64,000 nt of DNA, from assembly GCA_016213645.1 (NCBI GenBank), contig JACQZY010000028.1:9457-73456 (forward strand), given 5' to 3'. Positions 25,522-35,120 of this stretch are shown here, piece by piece (the first letter of the stretch is position 1; every line of letters starts with the position of its first letter). The notes under the pieces are model-generated. The model ran no database searches, was not told the origin of the DNA, and saw only the letters and a program-made list of their open reading frames with translations. Made by a program: the position numbers and the translations under genes. The stretch comes from Actinomycetota bacterium (GTDB taxonomy: Bacteria > Actinomycetota > Thermoleophilia > Solirubrobacterales > JACPNS01).

Positions 25522-27813
25522 ATGAGTCGTTTTGATGAGCGCCGCGTCGCGGCGCAGGTCGGTGGCAACGAAATCTCGTTCACGACCGGAAAGCTGGCCA
25601 AGCAGGCCGGCGGTTCAGTCCTCGTTCAGTCTGGCGACACCGTGGTCTTGGCGACCGCGACGTGCGGCGCCGACCGCGACGTCGACTTTCTCCCGCTGAC
25701 GGTGGACGTCGAGGAGCGTATGTACGCAACCGGCAAGATCCCCGGAAGCTTCTTCAAGCGCGAGGGTCGCAGTGGCGAAAAGGCCACGCTTGTCGCGCGC
25801 ATGATCGACCGCCCGCTGCGTCCGTTGTTCCCGAAGGGCTGGCACCGCGAGACACAGATCGTCGCGACGCCGCTCTCGGTGGACCACATCAACCCGTATG
25901 ACATTCTCGCGATGAACGGCGCTTCCGCGGCGCTGATGATCAGCGACATTCCGTTCGACACTCCGGTCGGCGCCGTGCGCGTGGGCCTGGTGGGTGGCAA
26001 CTTTGTTGTCAATCCCGAGGAGGAATCGCTGTTGGCCGAAGGCGAGAGCCGTCTCGACCTCGTGGTCGCCGGCACTGAAAAGGCGATCTTGATGGTCGAG
26101 GCCGGAGCCGACGAGGTGACCGAAGCCGAAGTGCTCGACGCGCTCGACATCGCGCACGGCGAGATCAAGAAGATCTGTGCCGCTCAGCGCGAACTGCGTG
26201 AGCTTAAGGGCAAAGAGAAGATCGAGGTCAACCCGCCGAAGCTCGACGAGGCGCTGTTTGCCGAGATTCAAGGCAGCCACGGCCAGGCCATGCGCGAAGC
26301 CGTGACGATCGCCGAGAAGCTTGAGCGCTACGCCAAAATCGACGAGATCAAGGCCGCGATCAAGGAGCAGTACGGTCCCGCCGATGACGCCGACGCCGCC
26401 GTCGCGAGCGCTCGCGCCGCGGACGTCTCGCGTTGTGCCGGCAAGCTCGAGAAGGACATCACGCGTCACATGATCGCCGTCGACAAGAAGCGTCCGGACG
26501 GTCGCGCCAAGGACGAGGTTCGCCCGATCGAGTGCGAGGCCGGCGTGCTGCCGCGTACGCACGGCTCGGGTCTCTTCACGCGTGGCGAGACGCAGATCCT
26601 CTCGCTGGTCGCGCTGGGCACCACCCGCGAGGAGATGCGTCTGGACACGCTGGGACTGGAGACGAGCAAGCGCTACTTCCACCACTACAACTTCCCGCCG
26701 TTTTCGGTGGGCGAGGCCGGCTTTATGCGCGGCCCGAAGCGCCGCGACATCGGCCACGGAGCGCTCGCCGAGCGCGCGCTGGTGCCGGTGATCCCGACCA
26801 GCGACGAATTCCCGTACACAATTCGCGTCGTGTCCGAGACGCTGGAGTCCAACGGCTCCAGCTCGATGGGTTCGGTCTGCGGTTCCACGATGAGCCTGAT
26901 GGATGCCGGTGTGCCGATCGCCAAGCCGGTCAGCGGCATCGCGATGGGCCTGATCATGGAGGGCGATGACTACATCGTGCTTTCCGACATTGCGGGCGTT
27001 GAGGACCACCTCGGCGACATGGACTTCAAGGTCGCCGGCACGCCTGACGGCATCACCGCGCTGCAAATGGACATCAAGATCGACGGCGTCACGCTGGAGA
27101 TCCTGCGTGACGCGCTTGCTCAGGCCAAGGACGGACGCGCGTTCATCCTGGGCAAGATGCAGGAAGCGATCTCCCAGCCGCGCACCGAGATGAGCGTCTG
27201 GGCGCCGCGCATCAGCTCGATCAAGATCGACACCGACAAGATCGGCGTCGTGATCGGCAAGGGCGGCGAGACGATCCGCGCGCTCTGCGAAGAGTTCGAG
27301 GCCGAGATCAACGTTGAAGACGACGGCACCGTTCAGGTTTACAGCGCAAACGGAGAGCTGGGCGAGCGCTTGGTCGACCGCATCCGCTCGATGACCAAGG
27401 AAGTCGAGATCGGCGACGAGTTTGAGGGAACGGTCGTCAAGACGACCACCTTCGGCGCGTTCGTCGAGCTGACCAAGGGCACCGACGGCCTGCTGCACAT
27501 CAGCAACGTTAAGCCCGGCGAGCGCGTTGAGAACGTCGAGGACGTGCTTGAGCGCGGCGAGAAGATCGCCGTGCGCGTGGTTGAGGTAGACGCCGACCGT
27601 GGTCGCATCGGCCTGCGCTTGCAGGATGACCCGGCGATCGCCGGTAAGAGCGTTGAGGAGCTGGCGTCGATCGGCGCCGGTAGCGGTGGCGGCGGAGACC
27701 GTGGCCCACGCCGCGACCGTGACGACCGTGGCGGAAACGGCCGTGGCGGACGTGGTGGCGACCGTGGAGGAGACCGCGGACCGCGCCGGCCTCGCGAGCG
27801 CTCGCGCGACTAA
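25522..27813 (+). CDS. pnp: polyribonucleotide nucleotidyltransferase (PNPase) with an RGG-rich C-terminal tail
   Basis: Two RNase PH domains, then KH and S1 domains, then a Gly/Arg/Asp-rich tail of about 45 aa (GGGGDRGPRRDRDDRGGNGRGGRGGDRGGDRGPRRPRERSRD). Confidence 0.95.
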   Translation: MSRFDERRVAAQVGGNEISFTTGKLAKQAGGSVLVQSGDTVVLATATCGADRDVDFLPLTVDVEERMYATGKIPGSFFKREGRSGEKATLVARMIDRPLRPLFPKGWHRETQIVATPLSVDHINPYDILAMNGASAALMISDIPFDTPVGAVRVGLVGGNFVVNPEEESLLAEGESRLDLVVAGTEKAILMVEAGADEVTEAEVLDALDIAHGEIKKICAAQRELRELKGKEKIEVNPPKLDEALFAEIQGSHGQAMREAVTIAEKLERYAKIDEIKAAIKEQYGPADDADAAVASARAADVSRCAGKLEKDITRHMIAVDKKRPDGRAKDEVRPIECEAGVLPRTHGSGLFTRGETQILSLVALGTTREEMRLDTLGLETSKRYFHHYNFPPFSVGEAGFMRGPKRRDIGHGALAERALVPVIPTSDEFPYTIRVVSETLESNGSSSMGSVCGSTMSLMDAGVPIAKPVSGIAMGLIMEGDDYIVLSDIAGVEDHLGDMDFKVAGTPDGITALQMDIKIDGVTLEILRDALAQAKDGRAFILGKMQEAISQPRTEMSVWAPRISSIKIDTDKIGVVIGKGGETIRALCEEFEAEINVEDDGTVQVYSANGELGERLVDRIRSMTKEVEIGDEFEGTVVKTTTFGAFVELTKGTDGLLHISNVKPGERVENVEDVLERGEKIAVRVVEVDADRGRIGLRLQDDPAIAGKSVEELASIGAGSGGGGDRGPRRDRDDRGGNGRGGRGGDRGGDRGPRRPRERSRD

Positions 27814-27844
27814 CGCCGTCAGGCCGCAATTCTCATCGCACCGT

Positions 27845-27872
27845 CCCGCGGGCCGTACGTTCGGCCCGCGGG
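27845..27872 (+). terminator. GC-rich hairpin downstream of pnp (terminator-like, no U tract)
   Basis: Perfect 11-bp stem cccgcgggccg / cggcccgcggg with a 6-nt loop, 32 nt after the pnp stop. Confidence 0.45.
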
Positions 27873-28124
27873 CGGGCGCGATACAGATCCTTGTTTTGGT
27901 CGGCGCACCGCGCGGCGAAAATCGTTAGATTCGGCATACGCTGTTTGTAGCACTCTGATTCGCCTGGTGAAATTCACCGCGTGAGTCTGAGACCGGTCGG
28001 TAGCGCTCGGCAGTGCCCGGCCTCAAATCAAATGAACACACAGAGCGTCGAATCCGGTGCGTCTGGTTAGGTCTGCGCGCCTACCGGCTCGTTTGCTCGG
28101 AAATCGGAAAGGTTCCAACTGCTT

Positions 28125-29558
28125 ATGGACCTTAAACACTCATGCGTGCTCGCCAAACCGCGACGCGCTTCACAAATGCTCTGGGCGCTGGTTTTTGCAA
28201 CCGTCGCCCTCGCCGCGGTATTTACAACATCAGCGGCGGCCGCTCCCGGTGAGGTCGTGATTCTTGACTCCACGGTGAGCGGTGGGGCCGGCAGCACTCT
28301 GGCGTCGAAGTTCACCCTCGCCGGCAAAACACCCGTAATCAAGAACGGAACGGAGTGGGCCGCTATGTCTGCTTCGGATTTCGATGCGTATGACGCGGTG
28401 GTGCTCGGCGATCCGACATGCTCCAACACGCCGCCCGCGGCGGCGGCCGCCAACGCCGCGACGTGGTCGTCGGTGGTAGACGGAAATGTCGTCGTCATCG
28501 GTACAGATGAGACGTATCACCAGGGACAAGGCGGCGATCAATTGATGGAAAAGGCGGCAGCGTTCACGGTCGCCAAAGCCGGTAAGACCGGTGCCTATGT
28601 TTCCTTGAGTTGCTACTACCACGGAGCGGATCCGCTTACACCCGTACCGATGCTCTCGGGCTTTGGCACGTTCACCGTGACCGGTGTCGGCTGTTACAAC
28701 GACTCACACATCGTTGCAACGCACCCGGCATTGACGGGATTGACTGACGGAACCCTTTCGAACTGGTCGTGCTCGGTTCACGAGGCGTTTGACAGCTTTC
28801 CGCTGTCGTTCGAAGTGCTGGCGATAGCCGAAAACATCGGAGATACGTTCACGGCGCCCGATGGGACCACCGGCACGCCGTACATACTCGCGCGCGGTGT
28901 TGAGGTGATCTCCGACATCAAGCTGACCCCACCCGAAGCGACAAATGTCATCGGCAGCCCGCACACGGTGACAGCGACCGTAGTCCGTCAACCGGAGATT
29001 TCAGCGGATGAACCGGCAGTGGGCGTGACGGTCACTTTCAAGGTGATCGACGGCCCGAATACCGGTGTGACAGGGACGGCCGTAACCGATTCGTCCGGCG
29101 TCGCGACGTTCACATACACGAGTTCAGTCACCGGAGTTGACACGATCGAGGCAACGTTCATGGATCAGCACGAGCGCACGCAGCGATCGAACCGCGTGAC
29201 GAAGACGTGGGTGAATCCGCCACCGGTCGAGCCGGCGCCCGTCAGCGCCCTTTCGACGCCGACGGTTGGCCTTGCAGCTTACGCTCGCTGCTCTAGCCGG
29301 GCGCTGCGCGTACGACCGCAGTACTCGGGCGGAACACCGGACAGCGCTTCGTTGTACGTGGACAGCAAGCTCGTCAAAAAGGTGCTCTCTTCGAAGCCGA
29401 CATTCGTAATCAACACGAAACGCTACAAGTCGGGAACGCACCGACTTCGCGTTGACGTTTCGTATCCGACCGGCCAGAAGGCGACCACCCGTGGAAGCTT
29501 CCAAAAGTGCCGCGCCCGTACGGCGCAACGAAAGGTTTCGCCGCAATTCACCGGATGA
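28125..29558 (+). CDS. secreted protein with a bacterial Ig-like (Big) domain; function unknown
   Basis: Signal-peptide-like N-terminus (..MLWALVFATVALAAVFTTSAAAAPGE; alternative start ATG 28176). Unrecognised N-terminal domain of about 250 aa. Ig-like segment SPHTVTATVV..VGVTVTFKVIDGPNTGVTGTAVTDSSGVATFTYTSSVTGVDTIEATF. Basic C-terminus. Confidence 0.7.
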   Translation: MDLKHSCVLAKPRRASQMLWALVFATVALAAVFTTSAAAAPGEVVILDSTVSGGAGSTLASKFTLAGKTPVIKNGTEWAAMSASDFDAYDAVVLGDPTCSNTPPAAAAANAATWSSVVDGNVVVIGTDETYHQGQGGDQLMEKAAAFTVAKAGKTGAYVSLSCYYHGADPLTPVPMLSGFGTFTVTGVGCYNDSHIVATHPALTGLTDGTLSNWSCSVHEAFDSFPLSFEVLAIAENIGDTFTAPDGTTGTPYILARGVEVISDIKLTPPEATNVIGSPHTVTATVVRQPEISADEPAVGVTVTFKVIDGPNTGVTGTAVTDSSGVATFTYTSSVTGVDTIEATFMDQHERTQRSNRVTKTWVNPPPVEPAPVSALSTPTVGLAAYARCSSRALRVRPQYSGGTPDSASLYVDSKLVKKVLSSKPTFVINTKRYKSGTHRLRVDVSYPTGQKATTRGSFQKCRARTAQRKVSPQFTG

Positions 29559-29691
29559 CGCTGGATTGATCGAAGGGCCGGTCGCTCACCGAGCACCGGC
29601 CCTTCAAATCCGCGTTGCCCAACGCCAAAAACGATCGCACCACGCAACGTCCGGCCGCGATAGCCCTCGACTCTGCGAGAATTGCCTCGCT

Positions 29692-30984
29692 TTGAGCGAG
29701 CCCACACATCAAGTCACGACGCTGGACAACGGCCTGCGCGTCGTAACAGAGAATTTTCCACGCGTGCGCTCGATCGCGTTGTCGGTGATGATGGGAGTCG
29801 GTTCCCGCAACGAGACGCGCGATCAGTCCGGTCTTTCGCACTTTCTGGAGCACCTGCTGTTCAAGGGCACGGACCGCTTCAGCTCGCTGGAGATCGACGA
29901 GCTTTTCGACGGCATCGGCGCCGAGATCAACGCCTCCACCGACAAAGAGGCCACCACGGTCTACGCACGGTTTTTAGACCGTCACCTCGGCGGTGCGTTT
30001 GACGTAATCAGCGACATGGTGATGCGCTCAACGTTTCCGGACATCGACAGCGAGCGTCAAGTGGTGATCGAAGAGATCGCAATGTACGAGGACGAACCAT
30101 CCGACAAGGTTCACGACATTCTCGGTACGACCGTCTTCGGCGACACGCCGCTGGGACGGCCGATCATCGGCCGTGCCGACGTGGTCGGCACCGTCAGCGT
30201 GCCGGAAATCGCCGCCTATCGCGACGCTCAGTACCTGCCCGAGAACATCGTTATCGCAGCCGCCGGAGCCGTCGATCACGACGACGTCGTTGCGCTGGCT
30301 CGCGATGGCGGATTTGAACGCGCTGGCGACGTGCCGGCACGCGTACCCGCGATGCCCGCGCCCATTCCGTCCCTGAACTTTTTCGAGAAGGACACCGAGC
30401 AGGTCCATGTGGCGCTCGGTGCCTCGGGCTTGACGCGAGGCGACGACCGCCGATTCGCGATGAGCGTCTTGAACACGATATTCGGCAGCTCCAGCAGCTC
30501 GCGGTTGTTTCAGGAGGTGCGAGAAAAACGTGGACTGGCGTATGCCGTCTACAGCTACAGCGGCTACTACCGCGACAGCGGCCAGATCGGTATGTACGTG
30601 GGCACGCGCCCGGACCGCGTGGCCGAAGCCATGCAGGTTTTTGGCGACGAGCTGCGTCGGCTTGTTGAGGATCCCGCAAGTCCGGACGAACTGGCCCGCG
30701 CCAAGGAGAATGTGAAGGGGCGTACCGCCCTTGCGATGGAATCGCCGATGGGACGCATGAGCCAGATCGGCGCGAACACGCTTTTTGAAACGCCGATCTA
30801 CACGCTCGAGGAGATCGAACGGCGCGTCGACGCGCTGACGATCGACGATCTACGAGCGCTGGTCGACGAGTTCTACCGGCCCGAGCGATTCAGCGTGGCG
30901 GCCGTAGGCCCGTCCGAAGAGGCGTTCAGACCCGCGTTGACCGCCATTAATGCCGAACTCACAGAACTCTCGCCGACCGTCTGA
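29692..30984 (+). CDS. M16 family zinc metallopeptidase (pitrilysin-like)
   Basis: Inverted zinc motif HFLEHLLFKGT. Conserved family N-terminus TTLDNGLRVVTE. Start set at TTG 29692, because the 29452 extension overlaps the upstream gene and is Arg-rich junk. Syntenic with the actinobacterial pnp-adjacent M16 peptidase. Confidence 0.85.
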   Translation: MSEPTHQVTTLDNGLRVVTENFPRVRSIALSVMMGVGSRNETRDQSGLSHFLEHLLFKGTDRFSSLEIDELFDGIGAEINASTDKEATTVYARFLDRHLGGAFDVISDMVMRSTFPDIDSERQVVIEEIAMYEDEPSDKVHDILGTTVFGDTPLGRPIIGRADVVGTVSVPEIAAYRDAQYLPENIVIAAAGAVDHDDVVALARDGGFERAGDVPARVPAMPAPIPSLNFFEKDTEQVHVALGASGLTRGDDRRFAMSVLNTIFGSSSSSRLFQEVREKRGLAYAVYSYSGYYRDSGQIGMYVGTRPDRVAEAMQVFGDELRRLVEDPASPDELARAKENVKGRTALAMESPMGRMSQIGANTLFETPIYTLEEIERRVDALTIDDLRALVDEFYRPERFSVAAVGPSEEAFRPALTAINAELTELSPTV

Positions 30985-31018
30985 GTCGGCTGCCTGAACG
31001 CGTGCCAGAATCCCGGTC

Positions 31019-31693
31019 ATGAGTGCCGAGCAGATCAGGGTCGCGGTTTCGGGCGCCGCCGGCAAAATGGGCGCAAACGTCTGCTCCGCGGTTGAGGGCG
31101 CTGATGATCTGACGCTCACCGGGCGCGCCGATCCATCGCTTGGCACATCGCTTGACGACGTGCTTGCCGATGCCGATGTTGTCGTTGATTTCACACGGCC
31201 GGACACGGCTATTGACAACGCCCGCCGGATCGTCGAAGCGGGAGTGCATTGCGTGACCGGCACCACCGGCGTCGACTACGCGGAACTCGGCGGCGCGAGC
31301 GGTGACGGCAAGCTGTTCTTCGCGCCGAACTTCGCGATTGGCGCGGTGCTGTTGATGGAGATGTCCAAGCTTGCTGCGCCGCACATGCCGGAGTGCGAGA
31401 TCGTGGAGTTGCATCACCCCGCCAAGCTCGATGCGCCAAGCGGCACCGCCGTGCGTACGCGCGAGTTGATCGAAGGGGCGGGTGGCCGTGTGCACGACCC
31501 GATCCATTCGATTCGCCTGCCCGGCGTGATCGCCAGCCAGGAGGTCGTCTTCGGCCAGACCGGCCAGACCCTGAGCGTGCGCCACGAAACCTATTCGCGC
31601 GAATCGTTCATGCCCGGGGTGCTGTTGGCGGTGCGACGAGTCGCCGGTCTTGAGCAGCGCATCACGGTGGGGCTTGAGAAGCTGTTGTTTTAG
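31019..31693 (+). CDS. dapB: 4-hydroxy-tetrahydrodipicolinate reductase
   Basis: VAVSGAAGKMG nucleotide-binding N-terminus and ELHHPAKLDAPSGTA catalytic motif. Confidence 0.9.
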   Translation: MSAEQIRVAVSGAAGKMGANVCSAVEGADDLTLTGRADPSLGTSLDDVLADADVVVDFTRPDTAIDNARRIVEAGVHCVTGTTGVDYAELGGASGDGKLFFAPNFAIGAVLLMEMSKLAAPHMPECEIVELHHPAKLDAPSGTAVRTRELIEGAGGRVHDPIHSIRLPGVIASQEVVFGQTGQTLSVRHETYSRESFMPGVLLAVRRVAGLEQRITVGLEKLLF

Positions 31694-31699
31694 GGTGTT

Positions 31700-31729
31700 C
31701 CCGGCGCCCGGCGCCCGGCGCCCGGCGCC
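31700..31729. repeat. heptamer tandem repeat (cccggcg) x4 between convergent genes
   Basis: cccggcgcccggcgcccggcgcccggcgcc read directly. The minus strand reads GGG-CGCC-GGG-CGCC-GGG-CGCC-GGG. Confidence 0.9.
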
Positions 31730-31759
31730 AATAGCGACGGTGGCCTGTGTTGACGCCGC

Positions 31760-32212
31760 TCAGTCCTTAACGCGCAGCGTCGCCTTCATGCCGCGCGCGC
31801 GATGATCGTCGATCGTGCACCAAAGCGAGTACGTGCCTCTGCTCAATTTGCGCGTCAGCCGTCTGCGTTCACCTGGATTTGCGACGCCCGTGTTGTAGGT
31901 GGTTGACGACCCTTTGCGCCTGATCGCTAAATCGTGATCGTCCTCGCCGTAATTGACGAGTTCAAAGGTGACATTTCCCCGTTTGACGCTCGTGCGCGAG
32001 AGTCCGAAGTAGTACTCCCGCGCCGACACCTGGACAAACGCGCGCGCCATACGGGCGTCCGGGCGATCCGAAGACGGATTCTCCGACCGGGCCGCCGCGG
32101 GCCCCGAAAGCACGACCCCCGATAGCGCGGCTCCGACGGACAGCGCGACGACTGCGGCAAGGGACAATCGCGACGAGCACCGCTTCAAGACCAGAGAAAT
32201 CGTTGAATTCAT
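31760..32212 (-). CDS. secreted cupredoxin-domain (type 1 copper-like) protein
   Basis: 150 aa with a signal-peptide-like N-terminus. Candidate copper ligands are His in GEDDHDLAI and C-x4-H-x4-M in LWCTIDDHRARGM. Confidence 0.7.
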   Translation of the reverse strand: MNSTISLVLKRCSSRLSLAAVVALSVGAALSGVVLSGPAAARSENPSSDRPDARMARAFVQVSAREYYFGLSRTSVKRGNVTFELVNYGEDDHDLAIRRKGSSTTYNTGVANPGERRRLTRKLSRGTYSLWCTIDDHRARGMKATLRVKD

Positions 32213-32223
32213 CGAATCACCGT

Positions 32224-33627
32224 TCAGTTAAGTATGGCCGGTAGGTTGTAGCTTCGCACCTTCGGAATCACTCGCGCGGCGTCGAAGTTGAACCACTGAT
32301 CGAGAATTGCCCCATGCAGTGCGCGGAAGTCCATGCTGGGGCGCATGTTGTCGTCCTCGTCGAGCACGTCCACGCCCGTGAATTCGCCGAGTAGCTGACG
32401 GCGAACGCGACTGCCCATCACCATCGCCATGCCGGCGGCGCCGTGGTCGCAGCCGTTGGAGCCGTTCTCCTCGGGACGGCGGCCGAATTCGCTCCAGATG
32501 TGTACAAGCACACGATCGGCCAGTCCGCGGGCCTCAAGGTCTCGCTGAAAAGCCAGCAGGCAATCGGCGGCCGACTTGAGATCTTTGTCGAAGCTTTCTC
32601 GCTGTTGGTCGTGGGTGTCGTAGCCGCCCGCCGCGCGAATCGCGACGCAGCGCAAAGGCAACCCGATCGCGAGCATCGCGGCAACGAACTGCAACTGTTC
32701 GCCGAAGTCCTCGTCCTTGGGATAGGTCACGGGCGACGCAATACCCGGCGGCGCATTGTCCTCTTCGGTGGCAAACGGCAGAAGTTGGCGACGCAGCTTC
32801 ATCGACTGTGCCGAGGCGTCGGCCGCAGTGCGCAGTCCGTTGTCGCGACTGCCCTGTGATGCCTGCCCCATGCGCTCGATCGCGTCGATCATCGCTTCGT
32901 CCACCTCGCCCCAGACGTTGCGGTGGCCAAAGCGGTACGAGCGTGGGTTCGCCAGTGCGGCCACTGGAACCTTTGACGGCGCCAATGCTGGGGAGAGGCT
33001 GTAGTCCACCGATAATCCCTGCAATGGGTTGTCGGGCGCCCCGACGGCGTCGAGGTAACGTCCCAGCCAGCCGGTTTGCAGGCGAGGATCGGTGTCGCCG
33101 ACCTCCCAATAGTGGCGCGACGTGAAGTGCGACTGGTCGGCCGGTGTGTATCCGATCGAGGGCGCCACCGCGAGCTTGCCCTCTTCGTGCAGGATTCGCA
33201 AGCCGTCAGCGGCAGGGTTCCAGCGCAGACGGGTGTCGTCGCCAAACGGCGTTCCGATGTCCGGTGAAAGCGCGAGCGTGGGACGTAGCCTGCGGTAAGT
33301 GGCGTCCTCGACCGGCGCAAGCACGGACAGCGAATCCGCGCCGCCGTCCAAAAACACCGACACGAGCACCGGGTCGGGCGGTCCGGCCGCGGCCTGCGCG
33401 ATCGCGTCGCTCAGGCGAAGCGGGTTGTAGTTGAGTGCCCCGTAGAGCGTGAGCATGAACGCTCCGCCGCGCAGCAAAAACGAACGTCTCGACAGACCGC
33501 TGCCAGCGGGAAGGGGCATCCCGGGCTCGATCAGCGGCAGGCCGTTGCCCGCGCGGGCGGCGGCTTCGCGCAGCACTTGCGCACGAGTGAACTCTCGACA
33601 TGCCCGTGTGTGTATTTGTTCGCTCAT
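32224..33627 (-). CDS. DUF1501 family protein (Tat-exported, sulfatase/alkaline-phosphatase-like fold)
   Basis: Twin-arginine motif SRRSFLLRGG. Family-typical segments LDGGADSLSVLAP, GGYDTHDQQ and WSEFGRRPEENGSNGCDHG. Confidence 0.85.
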   Translation of the reverse strand: MSEQIHTRACREFTRAQVLREAAARAGNGLPLIEPGMPLPAGSGLSRRSFLLRGGAFMLTLYGALNYNPLRLSDAIAQAAAGPPDPVLVSVFLDGGADSLSVLAPVEDATYRRLRPTLALSPDIGTPFGDDTRLRWNPAADGLRILHEEGKLAVAPSIGYTPADQSHFTSRHYWEVGDTDPRLQTGWLGRYLDAVGAPDNPLQGLSVDYSLSPALAPSKVPVAALANPRSYRFGHRNVWGEVDEAMIDAIERMGQASQGSRDNGLRTAADASAQSMKLRRQLLPFATEEDNAPPGIASPVTYPKDEDFGEQLQFVAAMLAIGLPLRCVAIRAAGGYDTHDQQRESFDKDLKSAADCLLAFQRDLEARGLADRVLVHIWSEFGRRPEENGSNGCDHGAAGMAMVMGSRVRRQLLGEFTGVDVLDEDDNMRPSMDFRALHGAILDQWFNFDAARVIPKVRSYNLPAILN

Positions 33628-33648
33628 CCGGTCTTGTCCGATCTCGTC

Positions 33649-35049
33649 TCAGCAGGTCTGCATGTCCGGGCAGGCGGCGATCAAGCTGCGCAGGGCGTTC
33701 TGTCGCATCACCCGATAGGGAGCCTTTTTCCAATCGCGGTCGGCTTCGCTGTCGCAGCGCTGCGCGAATTCGTTCAACACGTTCAGCGTCGTCTTGCCGA
33801 TCGTCGGATTGCCCCAAAAGGCAAGTGCTGCCGCAACCGCGGCGTCGGGCGCTTCCGCGTTTTCGTAACGCGCAAGCGTGGGATCGTCGCCGGGATCGAG
33901 GATGTCCGGCTCCCAAGACTCGCGCGCCGCCAGCCAGCGGGCTCGGAAGGTGCCGGTGTCCAACCACGCGTCGTCGTCCCAACCTGCGACGTTTGGCGGA
34001 AAGAACAGCCGCTGACCCGTCAGCTCCGAGATCCACGTCCACGACTGCGTGGCGATACCGACCCCGCGCATTCGCAGCAAACCTGCGGAATGCACGATCG
34101 GAGGCTTGACCATGCGCGGACCCTGGTACATCGCGGGGTGCATCAAAATCGCCTGGATCACCGGTCCGCTTTTGAATCCGCTCTTGACGTAGAGGCGCTT
34201 GAGTCCTGACAGCGTGCGGCCCGAAACCGGTGTGGGGATGAAGTAACTCCACAGTTTCTTCACAAAGAAGTTGGGATGATCGCGGTGGTGTACGCACAGC
34301 CGACAGGTGTCGCGCCAGTCAAATCTGCCGCTCTGTTTAAAGATCCGCTTGCGGCCGTTGTCGTGCAACTTCGGATCGAAATGGAAGTTCTCGTAACCTT
34401 GATCGCCCCAACCGTTGGTCCAGCCGGTCAGCGCACGAGCCTGTTCGCGAACGTCGTGTTCGGTGTAGTGGGCACCGGCGCCGAGCGTAAACAGTTCCAT
34501 CACTTCGCGGCCGTAGTTCTCGTTTGGCGCGTCCTTGGTGTTTTCGTTGCCCGAAAGCCAGACGAGCGTGGCTGGATTGTGTGTGACTTCAAGAAGTAGT
34601 GACAAGAACGATCCGGTGGCAAGACGGCGAAACAACGCGTTCTGCTGGAGCATCAGCCGCTGGCTTCCAACGCCGTCATTCGAAGTGGCAAACCAGTCGT
34701 GCCAAACCAGCGTCATGCGTTCCTGCAAAGGATTGGTGGTGCGAACCATGCGGTCAAACCACCAGAGGTGATCGTGTCCCCACTGGTCATACGGCGTCAA
34801 CGGAGTGTTGTCTTCAAGCACCGGCGCGGGACCGACCAGCCGGGACTTGCCGCGCGGCTTCATCATCTGCCGCACGGCGCGTTTCAGGCCCATGCGCGCG
34901 AGCTTGTCGGCCTCGCCGGGGCGCGGGCCAAAGCCGGCGCGCCAGAGCAGTCGCTCGGCTTGAGCGTTGCCGAAATGACCACGGTATGTGGGAAGCGGAG
35001 AACTGCGGCGCGCCATCGTTTCCTCTGAGCTGCTGACGGACGGGGCCAC
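33649..35049 (-). CDS. DUF1800 family protein
   Basis: LLWRAGFGPRPGE, MTLVWHDWFATS and WLSGNENTKDAPNENYGREVMELFTLG are typical of DUF1800. It has the usual pairing, directly upstream of a DUF1501 gene (21-nt gap). Confidence 0.85.
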   Translation of the reverse strand: MAPSVSSSEETMARRSSPLPTYRGHFGNAQAERLLWRAGFGPRPGEADKLARMGLKRAVRQMMKPRGKSRLVGPAPVLEDNTPLTPYDQWGHDHLWWFDRMVRTTNPLQERMTLVWHDWFATSNDGVGSQRLMLQQNALFRRLATGSFLSLLLEVTHNPATLVWLSGNENTKDAPNENYGREVMELFTLGAGAHYTEHDVREQARALTGWTNGWGDQGYENFHFDPKLHDNGRKRIFKQSGRFDWRDTCRLCVHHRDHPNFFVKKLWSYFIPTPVSGRTLSGLKRLYVKSGFKSGPVIQAILMHPAMYQGPRMVKPPIVHSAGLLRMRGVGIATQSWTWISELTGQRLFFPPNVAGWDDDAWLDTGTFRARWLAARESWEPDILDPGDDPTLARYENAEAPDAAVAAALAFWGNPTIGKTTLNVLNEFAQRCDSEADRDWKKAPYRVMRQNALRSLIAACPDMQTC

Positions 35050-35120
35050 TCAATTAAACATCGAATACACGACGGCCGGAGCCCGAGCTGGACGTATGAC
35101 CGGGCCGCGGGCCCGAGATG

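Noticed and set aside
25615-27498. 627-aa minus-strand ORF
   Set aside because: It lies entirely antisense to pnp, whose RNase PH, KH and S1 domains are clear. The product is Arg/Ala/Leu-rich with no motifs.
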